NCBI GenBank assembly: GCA_963668315.1
Contig: OY764216.1
Coordinates: forward strand, 3,008,001 to 3,072,000
Direction: 5' to 3'
Length of the DNA: 64,000 nucleotides
DNA from: Spirochaetia bacterium
GTDB lineage: Bacteria; Spirochaetota; Spirochaetia; DSM-2461
This document shows, in pieces, positions 9,387-18,405 of this stretch; position 1 is the stretch's first letter; each line of letters starts with the position of its first letter. The notes below the pieces were generated by a model. The model searched no databases. It was given only the letters and a program-made list of their open reading frames with translations, and was not told where the DNA came from. The translations under genes and the position numbers were made by a program.

Positions 9387-11165
9387 TCAGCTGCCGAGTT
9401 TATTGATTTCCCTGTCCAGATCTCCCGCCGTCTCGATATTTTCCTCGCTGAGTTTCTCCATGGCCCTTGATCCCTGGAGAAGCTGATTGACGGCATGAAG
9501 CATCTCTTCCGTCTCTCCTCTCACTGTTTTCTGGCTGCTGTTGATGCTGTCCATCAGAGAGGTTATCTCACCGCTCCTCCCCTTGGCCAATTCCGTTTCC
9601 CTGTGAACGGACGATGCTTCCCCTCTGACGGAGTCCACCAGGGTAAAGAAATCTGTCACCGCTTTTCCGATTCTGCTGTTTGTCGATTGAAGATCCTCCA
9701 CGGCGGATTCGGCTCTCATGTTCTCCTGGATCAGTTTTTTCAGGGAGAGCTGGTTCTCATTCTCTTCTTCTGCCATCAGGGCGAGCTTATCGTTTAGTGA
9801 GCCGAGGAGGGATGATATGGTGAGGACATTCTTACGGACCTTAACGGAAAGGTTTCCCATTTCTCCGGCCACGACGGCGAACCCCCTGCCCTGATAGCCG
9901 GATCGGGCCGCCTCAATGGAGGCATTAATCGCCAGTATATCCGTTTTGTCGGCAAGATCTTCAATGGAAAGAATGGCGTCGGCAATGGAGGAGGACTGGA
10001 GTATCATCTCTTCAATCTGTTCCTTGAGCAGATCGAGGATTCTTTTGCTGTTCAGCGACTCTTCTTTGACCTTAGTCGTCAGACTGACCTGCTGCGTTAC
10101 GGCCGTCTCCTGTGATACCAGCGATTCCCGGATTTTTTCCCCCTGCCGAGTCATCCGTGTTATCCCATCTTCCAGGGAACCGGTGTGATCTTCCAGGTTT
10201 TCCATAGCCCGGGCTATTTCACGCATCTCTCCGAGTGAACTGTCGACCTGGCCCGTGATCTCTTCCGATCTGCCGTTGACGGCACTGAGGCTCCGGTGGA
10301 GCTGCTGGGAGGCCGCCGCGTGTTCCAGAGCCAGACGGTTGAGCCTTTCTCCCATGTTCACCTGGTCCGCTGCTATCCCCTTCAAAGACTGATGCCTTCT
10401 GCTGAGGTTTTCCATAAACAGGTTGAAGTTTTTTCTGAGTTGGGTTATTTCGTCGTTGCCCCGTTCGGGCATGGAAGCATCGAGAGAGCCGCTGCCGTCG
10501 GCCAGTTCGCCCAGGAAATGTCTCGTACGGTTGATATGTTTCAGGGAACGGAGGAGAATGAGATGGCTGGCAAGGAAATACAGTATGAGGAGAGCGGCGG
10601 CAGAGGGGAGGCCGATTCTGTTGAAAAACCGTTCCTGATCAATCTGCCGGGAGAGATCGTCACTGATAATATCGTTCAGCCTTTTCTCTATGCCGTTCAT
10701 GCGGGTGTTGAGCCCGGCGAGTTCAGTATAGATCAGCCGGTCAATAATGCCCTCCCTGAGGGGGATATGGGAGTAGAGTGGCTCCATGAGTTCCGTTCGG
10801 CAAAGCTCGGAAAGATCCGCCCCCTCTCTCTGCAGAGTGAGAAAATCCTCCGAGAGGGAAGGGGCGGCGGGGATGAGTTTTCCGAGGTTCTCCACTTCTC
10901 TGGACAGATGGGTTTCGGACATACGGTAATTGATGATCCTGTCCCCGCTGATATCTCCTGTCCTGATCAGGTCGACGCTGTAGAGTATCTGAGTAATGGC
11001 CGTAACCTGATAGCTGTTCAGCTGAACAAGTGCCTGCTGGTGTTTCTGCATTTTGCGGGACAGGGCCGTACTGTTATGCAGTTGAATAAGAATAAGGAAG
11101 CCTATGGCTCCCACCGTCAGCAGGCCGAATATGCCCAGCAGAGTCGATTGTTTTCTGATTTTCAT
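9387..11165 (-). CDS. Methyl-accepting chemotaxis protein
   Basis: Two TMs, HAMP (GNDEITQLRKNFN), signalling hairpin ILAINASIEAARSGYQGRGFAVVAGE. Confidence 0.9.
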   Translation of the reverse strand: MKIRKQSTLLGIFGLLTVGAIGFLILIQLHNSTALSRKMQKHQQALVQLNSYQVTAITQILYSVDLIRTGDISGDRIINYRMSETHLSREVENLGKLIPAAPSLSEDFLTLQREGADLSELCRTELMEPLYSHIPLREGIIDRLIYTELAGLNTRMNGIEKRLNDIISDDLSRQIDQERFFNRIGLPSAAALLILYFLASHLILLRSLKHINRTRHFLGELADGSGSLDASMPERGNDEITQLRKNFNLFMENLSRRHQSLKGIAADQVNMGERLNRLALEHAAASQQLHRSLSAVNGRSEEITGQVDSSLGEMREIARAMENLEDHTGSLEDGITRMTRQGEKIRESLVSQETAVTQQVSLTTKVKEESLNSKRILDLLKEQIEEMILQSSSIADAILSIEDLADKTDILAINASIEAARSGYQGRGFAVVAGEMGNLSVKVRKNVLTISSLLGSLNDKLALMAEEENENQLSLKKLIQENMRAESAVEDLQSTNSRIGKAVTDFFTLVDSVRGEASSVHRETELAKGRSGEITSLMDSINSSQKTVRGETEEMLHAVNQLLQGSRAMEKLSEENIETAGDLDREINKLGS

Positions 11166-11293
11166 TTTTAAATAACTCCTGTTCTTACCATTCAGCTATA
11201 TGATTGTCAGATCTTTGTTAGGAATGGGTTAGGAACGCTGGAAAAGAAGCTCTTTTGGAAAAATCCCTCACCTTTTTTTCTGGCCCCCTTTTC

Positions 11294-11321
11294 TTGACAT
11301 TTGAACAGATTATGATAAAAT
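11294..11321 (+). promoter_or_regulatory. Sigma70 promoter of acyl-CoA ligase
   Basis: TTGACA-N16-TAAAAT with TG extension; AAGGAG SD before ATG 11342. Confidence 0.6.
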
Positions 11322-11341
11322 GTCCAAATAAAGGAGATGAG

Positions 11342-13273
11342 ATGAAAGAGACTGTTGTAACAATGCTTACTCAGGCGGCGGAAAAATACGGAACCATGCC
11401 CTATGTCTGTCAGAAAACGGGACAGGGAGAGGGGGCCTGGCATGAATGGAGTTTCGCCGATGTAGACCGGGAATCGGATTATTTTGCCGCGGCCCTGATC
11501 GAAAAGGGCTTCGCCGCCGGGGATTCCATCGCTCTCCTATCCGAAGGCCGCTACAACTGGATTATTGCCGAGTTCGGTGTTCTCAAAGCCCGCTGTTACT
11601 CTGTTCCTCTTTCTTCCAAGCTGAAGGAGGGGGAGATTCCCTTCAGGCTGAATCATTCCGAGTCAAAGGCCGTTATCCTCTCCGAATATACCCTAGAAAG
11701 TGTCGCCGGTATGGCAGGTGAACTGCAGGAAAAGCCCCTGTTTCTCATATTAAGCAACGATACGGATCTGACGGAACGTCTCTGCGGGAAATACGGACTG
11801 GAAAGAGGGACGGATTTAATCGGCTATGAGGAGTTCATCGCCCTGGGCAAGAACAGCAGCGAGGAGACCAAAGGTGAACTGGCCAGGCGCAAAGAGCAGA
11901 TTGAGGAGGATGACGTTGTCACTATCTCCTATACTTCCGGCACAACGGGAAATCCCAAGGGCATCATGCTCACCCACAAAAATTACTGGGTAAACAGCCA
12001 TGATGCGGTTCAGATCGTTGATATCCCCGAAGGAGTAGGGTCTCTCATTATCCTGCCCCTTGACCACTCTTTTGCCCATACGGTGGGAATATATATCAGC
12101 CTGCTTCGGGGATTGTCCATGAGTTTCATTGACAATCGCGGAGGAGGAATGGCTTCCCTGCGAAATCTGACAGTCAACCTGAAGGAAAGAAATCCCTATT
12201 TTCTTCTTACCGTACCTGCTCTATCCGGTAATTTCATGAAGAAGATGAAAGAGGGGATCGAAAGCCAGAGCCCCTTTGTCAGAAGACTTTTTGAAAAGGG
12301 CGTCGAGTGGGGAATCAAGATCAAGGGTAATGGATATAACCGTACGCCCCTGGGGGTTAAAATCGCCGGGTTCATTCCCTATAAACTGGCTTCCCTGCTC
12401 GTATTCCCCAAGCTAAGACAGGTCTTCGGAAACAGTATTACTTTCTGCGTGGGCGGCGGCGCCCTCCTGGAGGTGAAGCAGCAGGAGTTTTACAGCGCCA
12501 TAGGGCTGCCCGTTTATCAGGGCTACGGTCTGACGGAAGCGGCCCCCATTATCTGCGCCAATTCACCCAGAAAGGTGAAATTCGGTTCATCCGGTGTCAT
12601 CATGCCCTCTGTGGAGTGCCGTATCATGGCCTCTGATGAAGACGAGGCGGCTCCCGGAGAGGCCGGTGAGATCGTCATCCGGGGCGGAAACGTTATGAAG
12701 GGCTATTTTAAAAATCCCGAAGCCACGGCGGAGGCTCTCAGGGACGGCTGGCTCTGGACGGGCGATCTGGGATATATGGACGAGGACGGTTTCCTTGTCG
12801 TCACCGGCAGGGCGAAAGCTCTCCTCATCTCGGCGGACGGGGAAAAATACTCTCCCGAAGAGATCGAAGAGGCTGTGGTAAATTCCTGTGATCTGGTGGA
12901 TCAGATCATGGTCTATAACGATATGAAAAAATACACCACCGGATTAATTACCCTGAATGACCAGAATGTGAGAAAGCTGGTGAAGGAGAAGGGAATTGGG
13001 AATGTCGACGAACTCCTCAAGGCCCTTCATGAATCCGTCTATGCCTTCAAGAAGGAGGGACGAATCTCTCCCCTGTGGATCCCCTCGACCTTCGCCATCA
13101 TAGGAGAGACCTTTTCAGAGGATCAGGGGCTTATCAACTCCACCCTCAAGCTGGTCAGACACAAAGTGGTGGAATACTATAAGGACAGGATTGAAGGCAT
13201 GTATACCGGAGAGGAAGGCACCGATTTCTTCAATGCGAAGAATGGGGAAGCGGTTAAAAAGTATCTTCCCTGA
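11342..13273 (+). CDS. Long-chain fatty acid-CoA ligase (AMP-binding)
   Basis: YTSGTTGNPKG, QGYGLTE, GWLWTGDLG; start moved to the ATG downstream of AAGGAG. Confidence 0.92.
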   Translation: MKETVVTMLTQAAEKYGTMPYVCQKTGQGEGAWHEWSFADVDRESDYFAAALIEKGFAAGDSIALLSEGRYNWIIAEFGVLKARCYSVPLSSKLKEGEIPFRLNHSESKAVILSEYTLESVAGMAGELQEKPLFLILSNDTDLTERLCGKYGLERGTDLIGYEEFIALGKNSSEETKGELARRKEQIEEDDVVTISYTSGTTGNPKGIMLTHKNYWVNSHDAVQIVDIPEGVGSLIILPLDHSFAHTVGIYISLLRGLSMSFIDNRGGGMASLRNLTVNLKERNPYFLLTVPALSGNFMKKMKEGIESQSPFVRRLFEKGVEWGIKIKGNGYNRTPLGVKIAGFIPYKLASLLVFPKLRQVFGNSITFCVGGGALLEVKQQEFYSAIGLPVYQGYGLTEAAPIICANSPRKVKFGSSGVIMPSVECRIMASDEDEAAPGEAGEIVIRGGNVMKGYFKNPEATAEALRDGWLWTGDLGYMDEDGFLVVTGRAKALLISADGEKYSPEEIEEAVVNSCDLVDQIMVYNDMKKYTTGLITLNDQNVRKLVKEKGIGNVDELLKALHESVYAFKKEGRISPLWIPSTFAIIGETFSEDQGLINSTLKLVRHKVVEYYKDRIEGMYTGEEGTDFFNAKNGEAVKKYLP

Positions 13274-13283
13274 GGGGAGATTG

Positions 13284-13607
13284 CTACCGCCAGATACCTA
13301 TGATCTCACGAAGGGGTACCAGGGCCGACATATTGGCCTCCTCGGTGAAGTGAAAACCGAAGTTGACCAGAGCGGCTTCCCTTTTCACCCAGCGGATGGT
13401 ACCCCTTACGTAGAATGAGTCGATTTTCAGTGACTCCTCCGGTATTAGCCTCACGTTTACCGGATCTCCCTTGTTTATGTCCGGCTGTCCGAAAAGGGCA
13501 ATTTTCATACCCCGGGACGTAATATCCCTGACCTGGCCGGAATGGCCGTTGGCAAAAGCCCTTATAAAGCAGATATCCCTGTCGTCGGTCCTTGTTTTTT
13601 TAGTCAT
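13284..13607 (-). CDS. Stand-alone PilZ domain protein
   Basis: RTDDR (RxxxR) and DITSRG (DxS/TxxG), GTIRWV...FGFHF beta-barrel pattern. Confidence 0.8.
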   Translation of the reverse strand: MTKKTRTDDRDICFIRAFANGHSGQVRDITSRGMKIALFGQPDINKGDPVNVRLIPEESLKIDSFYVRGTIRWVKREAALVNFGFHFTEEANMSALVPLREIIGIWR

Positions 13608-14124
13608 ACCAGTTAATCCCCATGGTAACGATCGTTCCTTCCGTTGTATCCCCTTCGTAACGGCTCGTGCGTTTCCCCTTGCTGTGGAACTGAAGGCTGA
13701 ACGTATCGGCCAGCTGCCGGGCCGTCAGAATCCCCATGCCGAATCTTTTATACTCATACTTCTCCCGGTAACGCTGGAAGGAGGGACTTTCCAGATCCAC
13801 TTCGGTCGGAGGGCGGTTCAGGTCGTAGGGAAGTATGGCCGGATCGAATCCTCCGCCCGAATCTTTGATCTCGATATGAAGATACTCCTCCCTGGCGGAG
13901 AACTTCAGACGTATCGGCTTATGGCTGTTTCCCCTCTCCCTCTGGGCTCTGAGCGAATTATTAATCAGCTCAATGGTGGAGTAGAGAATGTGTTCTTCCC
14001 GGTCCCGAGAAATGCCCGATTGGACGAGATTTATATATTTTAATATTGCATTGAGTGGCGCTTTGTCCGATATATTAAAAATGAGGTTCCTGTACATTTC
14101 TGTTTTATAGATCAAATGATGCAT
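13600..14124 (-). CDS. Stand-alone GHKL ATPase, RsbW/SpoIIAB-like anti-sigma factor type
   Basis: ELINNS N-box, IKDSGGGFDP, FGMGILTARQLAD, GTIVTM; no HisKA domain. Confidence 0.75.
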   Translation of the reverse strand: MHHLIYKTEMYRNLIFNISDKAPLNAILKYINLVQSGISRDREEHILYSTIELINNSLRAQRERGNSHKPIRLKFSAREEYLHIEIKDSGGGFDPAILPYDLNRPPTEVDLESPSFQRYREKYEYKRFGMGILTARQLADTFSLQFHSKGKRTSRYEGDTTEGTIVTMGINWYD

Positions 14125-14166
14125 GGCCTGTTCTTTATTATAGCTTATAAAACAAGGAATTCAATC

Positions 14167-17043
14167 ATGTTTTATCTTTACGTCAAAATCTATTCCCGCG
14201 GTCAGCTGATGCAGATGGAACCGGCGATAATGGAGGGTTTGGCCGATCGGATTACAGGAATCAACAGGAGTCAGGGAGGAAATCCCGTGCCCGGTATGGA
14301 GGGAGTATTCCGGTATGCCGCCCTTTATCGGGAAACCCTGAATAATATTATTGAAGCTGCCGGTTCCTGCCTAGACATTCTTGAGCTGAACAAAGACAGT
14401 CTGGACGGTTATAACATCATTATCACCAAATCGGATAAAAGGAACTATGAGCTTCAGAAACGCCTGGATTTCCTCGTTTTTCAGATTCTCGAAGACGGGG
14501 GAATCTGGATTGATCCCGAATGCCGGGCGGAACTGGATTCTTTTCTCTCCCTGGAAAAGGAATCCTGCCTGTACCGTATGGAGGGGCGTAAGAAACTGGA
14601 TCTTACCTCCCGCGAGCGCCTCTCCGTCCTGTGGGATGACGACGAGAAGCAGGCTGAGATCACAAAATGGCTGGAAGACGATTCCCGGCCGGTCCTTCTC
14701 ATTACGGGGCGCCATGGAAACGGCAGGAAGAGTAACCTCGATGCGGCCATGGAAGGGTATTACGGGGGCGAAAAAAACTCCGCCGTCCATCTGAGACTGC
14801 GGGGAAGCAAAGACTACATATACGATCCCTTTATGGATTGCTTATTTAAAGATGAAATGGTTGTCGACGGGATGGAACCGGATCATTTCCTTCTGGAATT
14901 GCTGGAAGGGAAGATGATGAGCCGCTGCTCCGATTTTTTTTCCGATGATTTCGAAAAGGCATTTCTCGGGTTTCTTGAGAAAAAGTACCGTAAAGCCCGG
15001 GAAAGGTCCCGCTCTCTTTTTATTATTGTGGAACAGGGAAAAAGCTTCTCTCCCATGAGCAGGAGGCTGCTGGAGAAAATCCTCTCCGACGGAAGGTATC
15101 GAACCATCCTAATCTCCGAAGGAGAAAAGCCCCCCTTTCTCAAGGACACTATGGTTTATGAAGAGATCTCCTTTCAAAAGCCTGGAAAAATCATCCTGGA
15201 ACAAAGGCTTAAGGAAGCCTATCCCTCAATGGAGTGGCCGGAAGAGATCCGCCAGCAGCTTTTGGGGGATATCGGCGTCGATCTTCGCTCTGTATTCTTT
15301 TACTCCTGGCTCCTTTTTCACGGCCTGCCGATGACGGAGGAAAAGAACGCCCTGGACCAGATGGTTGACGCCCTCTCCGCCAGGGAATTGAGGATTCTCC
15401 ACTATATTCACCTTGCCCGGGGACTGGTGGGGAAGGAGGAACTTGCCCGGTTCCTGGCCGACGATCAGGAGGATTCCTCCCTGGTCTTTGAACGGATAGA
15501 AAGGCTGAAGGCCCTTACCCTGATCGATGAGACGGAAAAGGGGGAGCTCTATTCGAATCTGCCCTCATGGGATCGTGACAGGGAAAACCATGCTGCCGTC
15601 GTCAAGGGGCTCATCGGTTTATTAAAGGGAAGAGGAGACTTGAATCCCTTCCGGTATTTCGATTTCCTGGAGGAACACGGGGAGATCGGAAAAGCGCTGG
15701 AGTACTTCAACAATATCATGAACTGGCTTATCAATAACGGATTCCGAGAGAAGGCGGACCGGAGAATCCAGACACCTCCTTTCGCCGGAAAGGATCTGGA
15801 GGAGGAGTACCTGGAAGCCCTTCAGAACATTCTATTTTCCAGCCGTCTGAGACTGGCCATGCTGGAAGGAGAGGGGCCGGCTCTGGATAATCTTGTGGCC
15901 AACGGTATCCTGTCCCAGGTTTCTGAGCGAAGACAGTTCGCCGGAGAATTCTATCTGCAGCTCGCCCGTTATTATTATTGTCAGGGAAATACGGAGCAGA
16001 CGATAAACGCCGCGAAGAACAGCCTTTTCCGTTTTCAGAAAACCGGCTATCATCTGGGTGAAAGCCTGGCGAATATAGAACTGGCCTTCGCCTTCCTCGG
16101 ACAGAGAAAAGTACAGATGGGAATGGACTATTTTGAAATAGCCCGAAGAATCAGCTATCAGATCGAGGATAACTATTCTCTTATCACGGCCCATACCTTC
16201 GGCGCCCTTACCGCCTATCTTTTCGGAAACATGTCAAAGGCAGAGGATATCATTGACCAGACCCTGGAGCTGGCCGGACAGAACGGAAGCCGGAGACGCA
16301 TCTTTTTTCTGACATTTCTCTCAGGCCGGATTCAGTTCGAATACGGTCATTACCGGGAAGGGGCGGAGCTCTTTGAGAGGTGCTACCATCTGGGCAGACA
16401 GATAGGGATGGAAGAGGGGGCCCGTACCGCAGCCCGCTGGATCGGACGCTGCCTGATATATGACGATAAACGGCGTGACGCCTTCCGATGGCTTGATTCT
16501 GAGGATAAAACCCGGGAAGGTCTTTTCTTTCTCGCCGAGGCGGATTTTATGGTTTCCCTCTACGAAGCCGCCCTGAGGAAACTGGAAAGTGCCGGGGGGT
16601 TACCGGAGGAAACTTCATTCGGCTACTCCGAAAAGGATGTCTGGCACGACGGCTATATGAGCATAGAGGGACGGCTTTCTTCTGCTGAGGTGACCGAAGA
16701 TGTTCTGACCGGTCAGATTGACGCCCTTCACGGGCATGTCCTCGCACTGGCGGGAAGACAGGATGAGGCAAAGCAGTTGTTTTCCCGTAAAGGGGGCCAG
16801 GATGATTATCCTTTCAAGCCCTATTCGTATAAATACAGCTATATCCACTTTTCCATTCTTAACGTGGGGGATGTTTCCCTGTCGGGAGATGATAAACGTC
16901 TGGCGGCTCTGAGCAGGGCGATTGAAAGACTCCAATCCCGGGCCGGACGGTTTGATAATCAGAGAAAGAAGCTGGATTTTCTTAATAAAAACTGGTGGAA
17001 CAAGAAAATAATAGAGGAAGCTCACAGAAAGAAATTCCTCTGA
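14167..17043 (+). CDS. Large STAND-like protein (degenerate P-loop NTPase + TPR repeats)
   Basis: VLLITGRHGNGRKS Walker-A-like, LFIIVEQ Walker-B-like, long C-terminal TPR-like helices; start set at MFYLYVK. Confidence 0.6.
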   Translation: MFYLYVKIYSRGQLMQMEPAIMEGLADRITGINRSQGGNPVPGMEGVFRYAALYRETLNNIIEAAGSCLDILELNKDSLDGYNIIITKSDKRNYELQKRLDFLVFQILEDGGIWIDPECRAELDSFLSLEKESCLYRMEGRKKLDLTSRERLSVLWDDDEKQAEITKWLEDDSRPVLLITGRHGNGRKSNLDAAMEGYYGGEKNSAVHLRLRGSKDYIYDPFMDCLFKDEMVVDGMEPDHFLLELLEGKMMSRCSDFFSDDFEKAFLGFLEKKYRKARERSRSLFIIVEQGKSFSPMSRRLLEKILSDGRYRTILISEGEKPPFLKDTMVYEEISFQKPGKIILEQRLKEAYPSMEWPEEIRQQLLGDIGVDLRSVFFYSWLLFHGLPMTEEKNALDQMVDALSARELRILHYIHLARGLVGKEELARFLADDQEDSSLVFERIERLKALTLIDETEKGELYSNLPSWDRDRENHAAVVKGLIGLLKGRGDLNPFRYFDFLEEHGEIGKALEYFNNIMNWLINNGFREKADRRIQTPPFAGKDLEEEYLEALQNILFSSRLRLAMLEGEGPALDNLVANGILSQVSERRQFAGEFYLQLARYYYCQGNTEQTINAAKNSLFRFQKTGYHLGESLANIELAFAFLGQRKVQMGMDYFEIARRISYQIEDNYSLITAHTFGALTAYLFGNMSKAEDIIDQTLELAGQNGSRRRIFFLTFLSGRIQFEYGHYREGAELFERCYHLGRQIGMEEGARTAARWIGRCLIYDDKRRDAFRWLDSEDKTREGLFFLAEADFMVSLYEAALRKLESAGGLPEETSFGYSEKDVWHDGYMSIEGRLSSAEVTEDVLTGQIDALHGHVLALAGRQDEAKQLFSRKGGQDDYPFKPYSYKYSYIHFSILNVGDVSLSGDDKRLAALSRAIERLQSRAGRFDNQRKKLDFLNKNWWNKKIIEEAHRKKFL

Positions 17044-17075
17044 GAAAACTAATTTCAATTTTTTTGTGAAAGATG

Positions 17076-17104
17076 TTGACAGAAAAGTTGATTATAGATA
17101 TATT
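17076..17104 (+). promoter_or_regulatory. Sigma70 promoter of tRNA-Met
   Basis: TTGACA-N17-TATATT. Confidence 0.75.
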
Positions 17105-17118
17105 ATGGAAGCTTTTTT

Positions 17119-17191
17119 GGTGGCGTAGCTCAGTAGGTAGAGCACTCGGCTCATATCCGATCGGTCAGGGGTTCAAATCCCTTCGCCACTA
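17119..17191 (+). tRNA. tRNA-Met(CAT), probably elongator
   Basis: Acceptor GGTGGCG/CGCCACT, anticodon loop CTCATAT, T-loop TTCAAAT; lacks the initiator C1:A72 mismatch and GGG/CCC stem; Ile2 not fully excluded; no CCA. Confidence 0.92.
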
Positions 17192-17193
17192 AT

Positions 17194-17225
17194 AACCGTT
17201 CCTTGCTGAGGAACGGTTTTTTTTT
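17194..17225 (+). terminator. Rho-independent terminator after tRNA-Met
   Basis: AACCGTTCCT-TGCTG-AGGAACGGTT + T-run. Confidence 0.85.
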
Positions 17226-17238
17226 GTCCGGAGGAACT

Positions 17239-17853
17239 ATGGATAAAAGAGTCTTCTCCCGCAGCGGAGAGATGGAAAAACTTTTCCGCTCCCTTTCCGT
17301 TCGTTACATTCTGCGGTCTGAACAAACCGTCAGTCTCTCCCCGACCTTTCATTACGAGAAATCTTCCTATTATAAAAGGAACAGGGCCGAATTCCTGCTC
17401 TTGACGGAGAAGTATTCCGAATCTGTTCTTGAGCATCGTTTCATAGCTTCATCGGTGGGGTATCTCGATTCCTCCCTGGGCAGAGGTCTTTTCGCCGAGC
17501 AGGAGATAGGAACGGATGAGTTCATAGGGGAGTATGCCGGACTCATTCAGTTCGCTTCTCCCTGCCGTCCCGTGAAGGACAGTTCCGGTGGTTATGAAAC
17601 GGATTATTCCTGGACCTATCCGGAAAGGAAAGGATTCCGCAGCCTGGAAGTCAACGGGCGTATCAGCGGAAATGAGGCACGCTTCATCAATCACAGCTTT
17701 ACTCCCAACTGCCGGATGGAACATACCCTCGTCGAAGGCAGATGGGTGCTGTTCCTCCTGGCTGAACGTCCCATCGCCGTGGGTGAACAGCTAACCGTTG
17801 ATTACGGCGAGGAGTACTGGACCGGCGGTTTCCGCGAATTAATCATGATTTAA
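17239..17853 (+). CDS. SET-domain protein-lysine methyltransferase
   Basis: GRGLFA, FIGEYAG, GNEARFINHS, GEQLTVDYG..YW; GGAGGA SD before ATG 17239. Confidence 0.88.
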   Translation: MDKRVFSRSGEMEKLFRSLSVRYILRSEQTVSLSPTFHYEKSSYYKRNRAEFLLLTEKYSESVLEHRFIASSVGYLDSSLGRGLFAEQEIGTDEFIGEYAGLIQFASPCRPVKDSSGGYETDYSWTYPERKGFRSLEVNGRISGNEARFINHSFTPNCRMEHTLVEGRWVLFLLAERPIAVGEQLTVDYGEEYWTGGFRELIMI

Positions 17854-17926
17854 AAGGATAATCTCTCATTTTCCCGCCTGGAATGACGAAGATATAACAT
17901 AGAACCGGAAAAACTCGGAGTGAATC

Positions 17927-18388
17927 ATGAAAAAAACCTCATTTTCTGCTATTTTATTCATCATTGCCTGGGCCTTGTTCGGCGAGACCGTCATGATCGA
18001 GACGGTGGATCGATTTGAATTCGGTGATCTGGAAGAGGAAACGCAGAATGTGATCATCCAGATGGAGACGGGTGTTATGGATGCGCTTTTCGACGGAGGC
18101 CATCTCTTTTTCAATATGTTTACGGTCAACGGAAGCCTGGATCCCGCCCTGGGACGCAAATCGCTGGATCAGGCGAAAAGAGCCGGTGCCGGCTGGTTCC
18201 TCCGCTTAAGACTTGCGGATACCGGAGTCGACTGGTGGTTTTATAAATTGTCCGATTTCGCCCTTCTGGGGGAAGGAGAGGTAAATCAGGATGACATAGC
18301 AGGAAGTGATGATATGACCCGGGAAGAATTTTTCTTTGAAGCCGGGAAAAGCGCCGGAATGGGAATCCTGGCCTTTATGAATCGCTAA
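17927..18388 (+). CDS. Hypothetical exported protein
   Basis: Sec-type signal peptide MKKTSFSAILFIIAWALFG; GGAG SD. Confidence 0.65.
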   Translation: MKKTSFSAILFIIAWALFGETVMIETVDRFEFGDLEEETQNVIIQMETGVMDALFDGGHLFFNMFTVNGSLDPALGRKSLDQAKRAGAGWFLRLRLADTGVDWWFYKLSDFALLGEGEVNQDDIAGSDDMTREEFFFEAGKSAGMGILAFMNR

Positions 18389-18405
18389 GAAGAGTAGGAG
18401 AGTAT

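Noticed and set aside
11255..11341. Upstream extensions in the ORF track (11255, 14116, 17203, 27501, 28333, 56600)
   Set aside because: They run through promoters, terminators or neighbouring genes; downstream ATGs have better SD or signal-peptide context
14167..17043. Possible Avs-type anti-phage STAND NTPase
   Set aside because: Walker motifs are degenerate, there is no nuclease/TIR/SIR2 effector, and the context is housekeeping
17119..17191. Initiator tRNA-fMet
   Set aside because: Paired 1:72 position and no three consecutive G-C pairs in the anticodon stem
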